From NCBI GenBank assembly GCA_002269645.1, contig NIVC01000742.1, positions 1-31,990 on the forward strand: 31,990 bases of DNA, given 5' to 3'. The notes beneath the pieces were generated by a model. The model was not told the origin of the DNA. It was given only the letters and a program-made list of their open reading frames with translations, and did not search any database. This DNA is from Macrostomum lignano. Lineage: Eukaryota. Position 1 is the first letter of the stretch. Each line of letters begins with the position of its first letter. Positions 1 through 10,852 of this stretch are shown piece after piece. The position numbers and the translations under genes are program-made.

Positions 1-3000
1 GTTGTGGTCGGCGTCGTGTCGTGTCGTCGACGTTGTTGTTGGAGTTGTTGATGTAGTCGTTGTTGTTAATGTTGTTGTTGGAGTAGTTATAGTCGTCGAA
101 CTGGTCGGTGTGGTGGTCGTTGTTGAAGTCGATGTCGTAGCACTTGTGTAGTTCTAGTGTAGTAGTTGATGTAGTAGTTGACGTCGTAGTCGTTGGCGCA
201 GTGCAAGTGCTCGGCAGTGGTTCGAAGCAACCCTCAATGGTGACGGAAAACCGGAAGTTTGTCGCAGCCGAATCATACACTTTACCAACTGAGGAGGCAA
301 TTCTCACTGCCGATATGTTGAATCCGATCGAGTAGCAAAGCGAGTCGGCCATGGCGTCGCCGGTGTTGTGAAAGATAGCTCAGAAAAGACCAGATTTCCA
401 GTGACGCTTCTTTTTAAGTGAAATGTTAGCTTGTTTGATGTTTCCGTACAGACAGATCTGAATTTTTTAATGGAAAAATGGAATTCTAAAGAAATTGCCT
501 AATAATTGTTTATTAACAATAGTTTTATTCAAAAAGCTCTACCCTTTCAATGTAGACTGGATTTGGTCGGCATTTCACGGCAGACAGATCGATATCCATA
601 AAACCAGAGGTGGACCTTAAAATGCTGTATCCATATGTGGGGTCAGACGAGACTCCGCTGATAGAGTAGGACGGGATGTAGGTACTGCTAGTCAGTCCAT
701 TGATCAGTGGGCAGACTGCAATAAAACAGGTACATACGTTTCCAATATTTCGTTTAGACCTTTGTTTTTAATTGCTCCTAATTACTTGAAAATTAGGCAA
801 AAAAGTAAGCATTGGACTTTTATGAGTCTAAATGTACCGTTTTGAAAGTTATTGAGAAATACTTAAAAATCAGAGTAGCTCGTAGTTATAGTAAATAATT
901 TTAGTCATTGATTTTTCATTCTGTAAGAATTGATGTTTTTCGTAATGCTGCTAGCTTGCTGTGAGTACCTGACTGGAGTAGCCTTTTGTGGCTCACTTTT
1001 TTATGGCTTGGTTGAATTCGTGAAATTCACTCTCTGGGTCAGTAAAGCTTTCTCCATCACATTCTCAACTCCATTTGTGATCATCTGTGGCGGGATGCCT
1101 GACTTGGTATTAGAATTTTGCCGCGCCGCTCATATGTGGCCCTGACGGCCTCTGAGGTGCTGTGTAGTAATGCCCCATTCTCCTTCTCGCTTAAATGTAA
1201 TGCTGCCAAATTTATTGTCTGAGAGGACTTCTACTTCTCGTATTGTGGTCCTTATTTCCAATTAACTTGTTGACAAGCAAGTTAACAAAGCAAGTTAACT
1301 TTTATAAACGATACACAAAGGATGCAGAATTCCCTGCGAGGTGTAGCTTAGAGGTGATACATTCCAATTTTGCTCCCCTCCATGTCCATGCAATGGTTTG
1401 ATTTTGCTTGCAGTCACATAGAGTCACATCGAATTTTTGTAAATCAGGGGTCGGAGAACGTCAGCTCGTGGGCAAAGCCTCTCTATCCGGCCCTCGGGTC
1501 CTTCAAAACTTCACAATTAGCAATCCGGCCCACTCAATGTATACATCTCTACCAGCGCTCTGCTCTCTAACCTTCTTTCTCCTCTCTCCTCTCTTCCTTC
1601 CGGCAGGAAAATTTTTCCACGGGAGGTTTTCCCACCGAGTCTTTCCTGCCGAGTTTTCCCCGCCGAGATTTTCCCGCAGCGAGGTTTTCCCGAAGAGGTT
1701 TACCAGTCTGAATTTCAAGTCCTATTGAAAATTGTTGACGCCCTGTTTTTATCTGTAGCAACATAAATCCTTCAAACTGATTTGTTAACTCTGCTGTGTA
1801 AAACAGAACTTCTACTTAGCAGAAGTTATATCTGTTTTAAATTTAGAAACTGTTTTAGAGCGCTTTGATACCACAGATCTGCAATGAACCATTCATTGTA
1901 GAACATGGCCAACCGAAGTAAAATGACGCGTTTCTTTGCAAATCGTACAAGTTGAAATGGGGGCCGATTTTCATTGCAAAATTCATTGGCGATATAAGGA
2001 GGTGTTCGCTTTTTAGTTCTAAAAAAATCCGAATAGCTCCCTTTCTGACAAGTAAACAAGTCGACATTTCCTGGGGTTCACTCACTCATAAATTAACAAG
2101 CTATTGTTTTATGAAATACTTACTAGGGGGGGGACTCGTCGGCAAGCAAAGTTACGGAGAAAATTTCACCTGTTTGTATTTCTAATGTATTGTTCTAGAC
2201 GGATTTTTCTCCTTGAACGAAACCACTCCCTGCTCGCTTAATTCCGAATTCGGAAATCCATAATATGAGATATTATGACTTTAGTGCTAAAATTAGTGAC
2301 AGCTTCTTATGTTGCTAATGCATTTTTGCAGAAAAAAACTGGTTTCCTATGAAATTTACATGATTTTCTAGTGTAACATCCTTCTACTTCAGCTGTCCAC
2401 GCCATGAGATACTTTATCTATACGTACATCTGGTCCAATATACATATATATCATTTTTAACATTAACACATTATATGCTTATCTCAGTAGTTATCTTCAG
2501 CCTAAAGATTATTTTGTAAATTTATCTGTTTTGCAGAGAGGGATAACCTTTTGGTAATCCCTCTTTAACCTTTTGGTTATTTTTGAGGAACAATCCTTTT
2601 GGTTCAGAAGGGATTACATAGAAGTTGGGTGCTAAAAAGGGCTTAAAAGTATTTAGTGCAGCTGGATAGACTAAGAGCAGAGACTAAATGAGGGTAGTGA
2701 AGAGATTTAACTACCCTCATAGAACTGCTGTAGTTCGGAGCCCCGAATTAAAACAATTGAAACCCATAAAAATCACATGGCTTCGAATGAAAAATGCTCA
2801 GCAGTATAAAACCTACTTGTTGGCTTAGGAGTCGTAGAAGTTGTCGTAGTGGTTGTTCCAGTGGTGCTCGTGGTCGGTGTGGCAGTCGTTTGCGTTGTGG
2901 ATGAAGAAGTTGTGCCAGTTGTAGTTGTCGCAGGTGTCGTCGTAGAAACTGTTGTTGGAGTTGATGTCGATATTGAAGTAGTTTGTGTAGATGCTGTCGT

Positions 3001-5966
3001 GCTGGTTGTAGTTGGAGTCGTTGATGTGGTGGATGTGGTTTTAGTAGACGTTGGTGTTGTTGGGGTAGTGGTAGTGCTTGTAGTTGTTGTTGGCGTTGTC
3101 AGACACACTGCGGAAAGCGGCAAGAAGCACGCGTTGATCGTGAGGTAGAACTGGTACTGGGTTTTGTTCGGTGCCGACGACTTGAACTCCAATGGAAAAA
3201 TTCCAATCTTGGCCGCAACTAGTTTAATGTCGTAGCACAGATCTCCAACATCGCTCGATACGGATGCTGATCTCGGCACGGGAACGAACGGTTTATCGAA
3301 TGTTTTCCCGTACAAAATGTTGGCCCGTTTTACAGTGCCACTGATACAGATCTGAAACGAGTTATTGTTAGGTGAAGAAATTTCTTAAATAAATATCATT
3401 TTTAAACCAAAGTCGTGAGAATTCGAATTTGTTGAATCGCTTGTAAAATATCAAACTCACTGTTTCGATTCGAATCGGGGCACGACAAGATCCAAGTACC
3501 AGGTCAATTTGCATGACGTCATTTTGGTGAACCAGCCAGCCGCGAAGCGGATCATTCGTCGCGTGATTCACGGCGGTGAGCGGAATATAGGAGTAGTCCG
3601 ACATGCCGTTCACAATGCGGCAGTCTAAAATGGTTATGTGCCAAAAAACATAAAAGTCAATGAAAAGCTAAAATAAGATAAACTTTCATATAGCGAAATT
3701 TGTTAAAAGTTTTCATTTTTAGACGTTTCTGCTCTCTTTCGAGCATATTGTATGCAGCTTAGTCATGCAATAAGTGAGGATTAGTTTTTTACTGATATTG
3801 AAAATATTAGTGCAGCAATTCTTACAAGTCGTAGTGGTAGGTGTCGTTACAGTGGTGGTTGTCGGTGTTGTGCTGGTTGTGGTTGAGGTTGTCCGAGTTG
3901 TTGTTGGCGTTGTCGGTGTCGTCGTCGTAGAAGTGGATGTTGTCGTGGTCGAAGTAGTGCTGGTGCTGCTGGTTGTGCTTGATGTGCTGGTAGTGCTGCT
4001 AGTAGTGGCTGTCGGTGTTGTCAGACAGGACACGTTTAAGTTGCTGAAGCAGCCATAGATCGATAAGAAGAAGTAGTAGGAACTTGCTGTCGTCTTGAAT
4101 AGCTGCGGTTCTACCTGAACACTGATGACATCTCTGTTTACATCAATGCACAGAATTTCTCCATCCTTTGCAGTGAGCGTAGCCGAGTCAGGGATCAGGT
4201 AGGGAATCACGTCTGTGTTGAATCGCACCAGAACAAATGCTTGAGCAACGTTTCCAGCTATGCAAACCTAAAATTTAGGTTAGTGTGATATTATAGTCAA
4301 TGATTGTGTCAGTTGGTAGAAGTGCTGCTTTTTCTTACTCTTAGAACCCGAGTTGCGGGACGACAGCCTCTCGACGAGATATCGACAATGACAGACGTTC
4401 TAGGCTGAAGTGTAAACGCTCCTGAGACTTGACGAGTGCTGTTACCGAATGTCGCAATGTCGATAGCGGGGATCATCGAAGGGTACAGCATACCATCGAC
4501 ACTGGGGCAATCTGTAGTTGAAAAGAGGCATTGAGATGCGCTATTTTCTTAAGGGGCCGGGACTAAAAGAGTTCTAATGAAAGTTATGTCTTAAAATTAA
4601 TATCTGTATCAGTTATAAATCATTAACTTTTGATAACTGATTTACTAACACTGAACTTACAAGTCGTAGTGGTAGGCGTCGTTGTTGTGGTGGTTGTCGG
4701 TGTTGTGCTGGTGGTTGTGGTGGATGTCGTCGGAGTTGTAGTGGGTGTTGTCGGCGTCGTTGTAGTAGTAGTAGATGTAGTCGTCGGGGTCGTAGTAGTG
4801 CTGGTAGTGGTAGTAGAAGTTGTAGTGCTTGTGGAGGTAGTTTGGCAGCTGTCATTAACCGGTGTGAAGCAGCCGTCGATGGTGAGGAATACCTGGTAGT
4901 TGGTGGCCGAGAGGGCTCCGGACTTCAGTGCGACTGGATAAAAGGCAAGCCGAGCCATCCTCGTATTCAGCTCATAGCACAGCCTGGCGCCAGTGACATC
5001 AGAAAACAGGGAGCTGGACGGCTCAAATGGGACGTAGCGGCTACTGGTGGTCGGCATGTACTGCACTACTGCTCGCATCACGTTTCCAGTCATGCACAGA
5101 GTGTTCACAAAAATTTCAGTAGTTCGACAGCCATCGACAATGAAGTCAAACTCCATCTGATCGTTGAAATTAATAAGAAAGCTGCCGGTGACTCCCGGCC
5201 GTCCACCAGAGATGGATTTGTCCGGGATGTAAGACTTCTGCGACAGACCGTTCACGTAGTCGCAGACTGAAGATTTTTTTTAAATTAGAATTTTTAGCCT
5301 ATTAGTATGAAAACCTTCTGCATCTAAACCTTAAAATTTGAGATTTAGGAGATCGATAACTCGAGAACGGGAGATTAGAGACGTCGAGACATCCTATGCA
5401 GGTCTCTCATGGGCTACCAGGGGATAAAAAGTCTATCAAGTAATGGATTTTTTTGTCCAGACCTTTACTTATAGGGCTCCATTCGAATGCTTCAGTTGAC
5501 ACCCGTCACGGCTCCTACAGGTACCTCCTACACCGTTGACGCAAACTTTTCAGGGCTTTTTGTCGAATCGCTAAATTACTCGTAATAAAAATTTATTTAG
5601 TTGCAAGAATATACAACAATAATGATCATGAATGATCAGCGGTGCCGCACTCACCTGGTGTGGTTGTCGGCAGCCGTGTTGTTGTAGTTGTAGTTGGCGT
5701 CGTAGTTGAAGTTGTCGTGGGCGTCGTTGTAGTGACCGTGGTGGTGGGAGTGGTTGGAGTTGGGGTGGTGAAGAAGTACTTGGTGGTGAGCGGCACGCAC
5801 GAGCAGAAGGGATCCGCTGTCGTTGTGAAGCCGGCAACCGGCAATGTCAGGACAGCTAGAAGGGCTGCCGCGGCAAATATTCCTGCTGAGAATAGAGTTA
5901 TAAAGTCATAGGATGCACGATTTAGTGCGTACTGAAACTAGTTCTTGTGGAAAGACTGCATTTCAT
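1..5966 (-). CDS. Gene B, 5' part: mucin-like protein with signal peptide and repeated [6-Cys discoidin-like domain + Thr/Ser/Pro tract]; continues beyond position 1
   Basis: Exons built by hand: 5966-5933, 5885-5655, 5266-4661, 4511-4339, 4267-3826, 3624-3461, 3351-2817, 715-543, 457-<1. All introns are GT..AG and phases are consistent (1,1,1,0,1,0,1,0). Domain starts: CDYVNGLSQKSYIP (5264), [14 protein letters not shown] (4509), CRIVNGMSDYSYIP (3622), CPLINGLTSSTYIP (713). The last exon carries apparent indels and an in-frame TGA at 382-380. Exon 1 is the least certain. Confidence 0.85.
1600..1700. repeat. Degenerate ~14-bp tandem repeat (TTTTCCCNNCGAG-like) in the 2.1-kb intron of gene B
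   Basis: ttttccacgggagg, ttttcccaccgag, ctttcctgccgag, ttttccccgccgag, ttttcccgcagcgagg, ttttcccgaagagg lie in tandem. Confidence 0.6.
4023..4514 (-). repeat. Dispersed duplicate, copy 1 (gene B module 2); partner at 31014-31505
   Basis: Ungapped alignment at offset 26991; about 9 mismatches in ~490 bp counted by eye. Confidence 0.97.
5830..5966 (-). other. Predicted signal peptide of gene B, split by a 47-nt intron (5932-5886)
   Basis: Spliced translation MKCSLSTRTSFTGIFAAAALLAVLTLPVAG|FTTTAD has a basic n-region, a hydrophobic h-region and a V-A-G cleavage context. The donor GTACGC is the same hexamer as the gene A donor at 24923. Confidence 0.75.
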
Positions 5967-7171
5967 AAATCAATATCTTTACGCTCAATTTTTCTTTTAA
6001 TACATGTACTGTACTCTTAGCTTTTCAACTCGACTTCTGTATTGCTATTAAATGTTTTTAAACGATGCCATCAAGCATAAGGGGACTTTCAATCAGACGA
6101 GCAAAGTCAAAACTTCGAGGTGTGTCAGCACTAATTGACGCTTGACTGCACCGCAGTCCCAATACAAACTTCGTATATTGCGCAAGAATTGGGTTGTACA
6201 AATTCAACACAACGTTCTAATGTGTCGGGGGGGGGTACACGGGACTACTCTTGAAGTCGTTAATATTCTCTTTCAATATTAACCACAAAGCAAAAAGCAA
6301 GCGCCCAACACGGGAATATACGAGCGTAGCGGTTCGAAATTCGATAACTTATCAGCTCGCAAAATTTGTGTGTACACTTTTCTATTCGCCCCACATTTTT
6401 TGCTTGCTACTTGTTAGTAGGCTGTCTGATGAACTGAAGGAACATCTGCGTCAAATGTTTAGTAGGTAGAGTTTATTAAGTTTCACTATTCGCATCTGGA
6501 ATGATATCCAAATTCCATATTCTATTTCCAGAAATCCATGGTAGAACTCCATATACCGACCTGCTTGTGAGGGCGGCGAGTTCGCAAGCTTAAAAAGCAT
6601 TTCGACGAGTTTATTGAGTGCAGGGACAGGAATGTTGGGGGTTGCCCGACTGGCGCCATGCCGGCTGGTACGCAACACCCCGCGCTCCTGTTGGGTGCCA
6701 TTAAAGATGCGAATGAATAGAGAACTTATCCGCCGCTCTTCCCTTTTTAAACATTTTCTGCATCTCAAGTTGCTAAAATCCAGTGTTTTTTATAAAGCGC
6801 ACTGAATGTGGGTCGTCGGCGTGCGTTTCTTCGAATCTTCCAAAAGCTTCTACGCCCACGGATTTTTTCTAAGACAATGCGAACTTTATATGGCTTGCAG
6901 GGTGGGGCTTTGTCGGTTTTTTTTACAAAAACGAAAGTTTTCTGCAATGGTAAATTTCTTAGAAATTTCTACAAATTTCTCAACTTCTCATCGTCAGCTT
7001 GTAAGGCAGGGGTTACGGGTTGCACCGTAGCCCTGCGCTGAGGCAGAAAGAAAAAAACTGCCATTGTGATCTTTTCCATTGGAGACCAAACTGCCACGTT
7101 TTAATGTGCTGCATGCATATGTCATAGAGAAGCATCTGCCGCGTTCAGTGGAACCATTTTTAGTATATGGA

Positions 7172-7227
7172 AATTTTTCTGAAATCTATCGCTTATATAC
7201 CTACCGACAGACAACTCATTTTTAGTA
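7172..7227 (+). repeat. Short interspersed repeat fragment shared with 21558-21625 (possible DINE-1/Helentron-like non-autonomous element)
   Basis: AATTTTTCTGAAATCTATCGC and GACAGACAACTCATTTTTAGTA occur in the same order at both sites. The family assignment is from recollected motif style only. Confidence 0.55.
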
Positions 7228-8243
7228 TATTGGAAGTTGCTTTGAAAAATCTGCATCTGTCCTGTTTTCTCACTGCTTCCATCTTTCAAGTGTCAAATCT
7301 TCTGACTTATGTTCTTAAACTAGCAGCTTGTTTTGGAGGGCCACGAATGCTAACGACAGAAGTAGTTGAAACAGAACCGTTAAATGCTGGCACATTTAAC
7401 AGCACCTACAACAATAAATACGAGTACTTGCTAAATACGCTCGTATGGGTAAATAGCGTGAGTAAAAATTATGTAATTACACTAAAACAAATTCGGTGGG
7501 AGTTTGCTCTGCCCTTAGCAGGTGAGGACAACGAGAAGCAGGAAGTTCTCAATGTTCGGACCGCGTTCCTTGTCATTGAGTGAAGCAACTGACCCAGACG
7601 TAAATTCTTGGCACTAATTGTCTGCAACCCGTGAGACTGGGCCTTTAAATAATTTAGCGATCCTTACCGATCAAAATTCTATGCACAGAATAACAGTGCC
7701 TCCAGCAACAAGCTTTACTGACAATAAGTAGTCAAAAATAGAAATTGCCTACCAAGCAGCGCAGATCGATCTGCGAGTGGCATCTCGGAGTTTGGCGCAG
7801 GGCCGTCTGGTGCAGTCAGCCCTTCGGAAAAGAGTCGCTGTGACTTGAATAAACGAACTGGGTGAAGGAATAACTTTTCTTCTTCTTGTCAAACCTGAAA
7901 TTCCTGCTCTCCCGACGAGTAGCAATTACTAAAGAATTTATGCAGCTACAGAAAAAGACTCGACAAGCTGCATAAGGCGCCGAATCCTACCAATCAAGCT
8001 AACCCTAGATCTATTGTCCCTTAAATCGGACAATAGAACTCCCCCCTTTACCTAAGCAGTGCACAATTAGCCTCGAAAAGAAAATTAAAGAGGGCAGAAT
8101 AGCGCCGAACTCAAGTTGAACAACTCTGACTGGGCTGGGCATGAGCCCAGGTGAATGAGAGACAGTAGTGAAATTCTCTCTAAGTTTACCAATGCAATCG
8201 CGCGACCCTACGAGCATATAGGGTACTAAAGTGTCTGGTTGGA

Positions 8244-8272
8244 TAGATAGATAGATAGATAGATAGATAGTA
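8244..8272. repeat. Short (GATA)n microsatellite
   Basis: Directly visible; followed by GCGAGCGAAGCGAGC. Confidence 0.9.
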
Positions 8273-8462
8273 GATAGCGAGAAAGAGCGAGCGAAGCGAG
8301 CTCTTTTGAGCTTGCTTGCCGCAGCCAATCACGCTGAAAGCACGCACACAAGATCACCGGAAACGATTAAGGCAGCTGGAAAGCCAATGGGCGCGGTAAG
8401 CGCTTTTATCCAGAGGAACTACCTACTGGAACCAGCCATGCCGAACGAAAATCAGACTACTA

Positions 8463-8815
<353 letters not shown>

Positions 8816-8820
8816 TTATT

Positions 8821-9110
8821 CGAGCTTTCCAGCGTCAATTTTAGCTTTCCCGCGCCAATTTTAGCTTTCCAGCGCCATTTTAGCTTTCCCGCGATAATTT
8901 TAGCTTTCCCGCGCCAATTTTAGCTTTCCTGCGCCATTTTAGCTTTCCCGCGTCAATTTTAGCTTTCCAGCGCTGGTTTGGGCCTATTGGCGCTGATTTC
9001 AGCGTTCCGGCGCTGATTTAGGGATCCTGGCGCTGATTTGGGGATCCTGGCGCCAAATTTGGCTTTCGGCGCCAATTCGAGCTTTTCGGCGCTGGTTTGG
9101 GCTTTTTAGG
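8821..9110. repeat. ~20-bp minisatellite (TTTAGCTTTCCCGCGCCAAT-like), ~14-15 units that diverge rightwards
   Basis: Directly visible units, e.g. tagctttcccgcgccaattt, tagctttccagcgccattt, later gggatcctggcgctgatttg. Confidence 0.85.
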
Positions 9111-9500
9111 CATGGCTTCAGGGATCAGCACTGATTTACATTCAATTGGCACTATAAAAATCAAAAGTGTCATTTTTTGACTTGTTATTGATTGTTGATT
9201 ACTTTGTTATTGATTATTTTTAGAGATGACTATTTGCTGAGAGTTGATTTTTTTAATTTATGCGACTCAGGATATACTGAATATCTACTACCTTGTTATT
9301 ATGACTGAGTTATGGTTTACTTTTACGATTTAATTGTGTAATGTCTTTGTCTTAATCTTTTACTCACTTGATGCACTGTTAGCGATGAGTTATGATGCCA
9401 ATTAGAATCGCCCATATCGCTTTTATCGCTTTTTATCACCTTAATCCAGGTCATTCAGTCATGCTACTCTCGTCCTACCTCCTCTCTGTATCTCTACCTA

Positions 9501-10852
9501 TTGTCCTATGTCCTCTCCTTTACAGTGTATCACTCTTCTAATCTTTCGTCACCCAACCTACAGAAGTATATCCGCCGCAATCGTAAGCGGCAGGAGAAGC
9601 GGGCTGCTGTTGCGTCCGCGGAGGGCGGGCAAGCCGCGGTGAGGCCTTCGGGAGCCACCGCAGCGGGGAGGCCCTCTGGGGAGTCCGGTAGCGCGGCTGG
9701 GCCGTCAGGAACCGCCGTGTCCTCGGACTCTCAGGGGGCAACCCTGCCGGCCTACCGCCTTTGAAGGACAAAGCGGCCCCAGTCAAGACCTCCGAGTCCT
9801 ACGCCTCCAAGGTCAAGCAGCCGCTGCAACCCGCCGTGATGATCCTCGGCGGGGATTTTGACCTGACGCCCGAGCAGCTCGACGTCGCGTGGCGCACCAT
9901 CGACGAGGGCTTGCTCAACCTAACCCTGGAGGGCGTCTTCGTGGACATCGTCAAGTCCACCAAGGCGAACGGGTGCATCCTACTGTGGTGCAAATCCGAG
10001 GAGAGCACCCAGCTCCTGCGGGATCAGCTGCCCAAGTTCGACTGGCACAGCGACCTGGGCCAGCTGACCTTCGCCCTGGTGAGCGAGCGGCCGAAGACCA
10101 TCCGCCATCGGATTTGGGTCTCGGCCGACAGTGCAATCAAGTCCGGGGAGCAGCTGCGGCAGCTCCTGCTCAAGCGGCACCCGGATCTCGACGCCAGTGG
10201 TCTTGTGTACCACAGCACGGTACGCAAGGGCACGACCGGGGCCACCGTCATCCTCGGCCTGACGGAGGGATGGGCCAAGCGGCTACCGCACGGCACAAAC
10301 CTCCACCTTGGTCTCCATCAACTGACCATCCTCCGCTGTGAGGAGGGCAAGGTGGAGACCAAGAACGACGGGAAGCGCGCCGCTCCCGGAGCTGGGGCTC
10401 AGGCTCCGCCGGCCAAGCGGCAGCAGCAACCCGATCCCGAGCCTAACAAGGCTATTCGCGCTGCTGAGTCCGCCTCGCGCGGACGTAGACCCGCCCGCAG
10501 TAACCGGCGGTCCGGGCTAATCCAGCGCGCACTTGACGAAGCTCAGTCTCTGAGACTTCACCTCGAGCAGACTCGCGCTGCTCGCAAAAATACCGAAAGC
10601 CAGCCGAGGGAACTGGACGACGGCATGGCTCAGCCTTCCAACTGGTGGGATTACCACCAGGAGGACGCTGCCGGCCGAGCTCAGACTCCCGACGGCGGGG
10701 CGCAAGGCGAAGGCAGCAGCCGTACCCCAGTCGCTGGGGGGGGGAGGGCGGTGTAGCGCGGCTAGGTGACTCACCTGCCGTGGGCGCCGTATCCGCCTCC
10801 GCGACGGCTGGGGAGGCGGCTGGGCCTGAGCCAATGGAAACTGGATGCACTG
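9501..10852 (+). mobile_element. Non-LTR retrotransposon 5' fragment: ORF1 (DUF4780-like, Lian/LOA-type), frameshifted and cut off by the foldback element
   Basis: GC-rich block. ORF 9761-10756 shows the pattern GCILLWCKSEEST..L..FDW...RIWVS...LLKRHPDLD...TVILGL...LHLGLHQLTI, which I recognise as like DUF4780 ORF1 proteins, between low-complexity basic/Ala-Gly-Pro stretches. The upstream part lies in another frame (9501-9764). Domain name is from memory, not a search. Confidence 0.62.

Noticed and set aside
380-382. In-frame TGA as selenocysteine or stop read-through
   Set aside because: It lies between two compensating indels, the alternative frame fits the domain better, and the position is not a conserved Cys.
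2537-2564. 12-bp hairpin AGAGGGATAACC-TTTT-GGTAATCCCTCT in an intron
   Set aside because: Isolated; no CTRR Helitron end follows and there is no other support.
6200-8240. Short ORFs and probable repeat remnants upstream of gene B
   Set aside because: No recognisable protein motifs or terminal structures; left unannotated.
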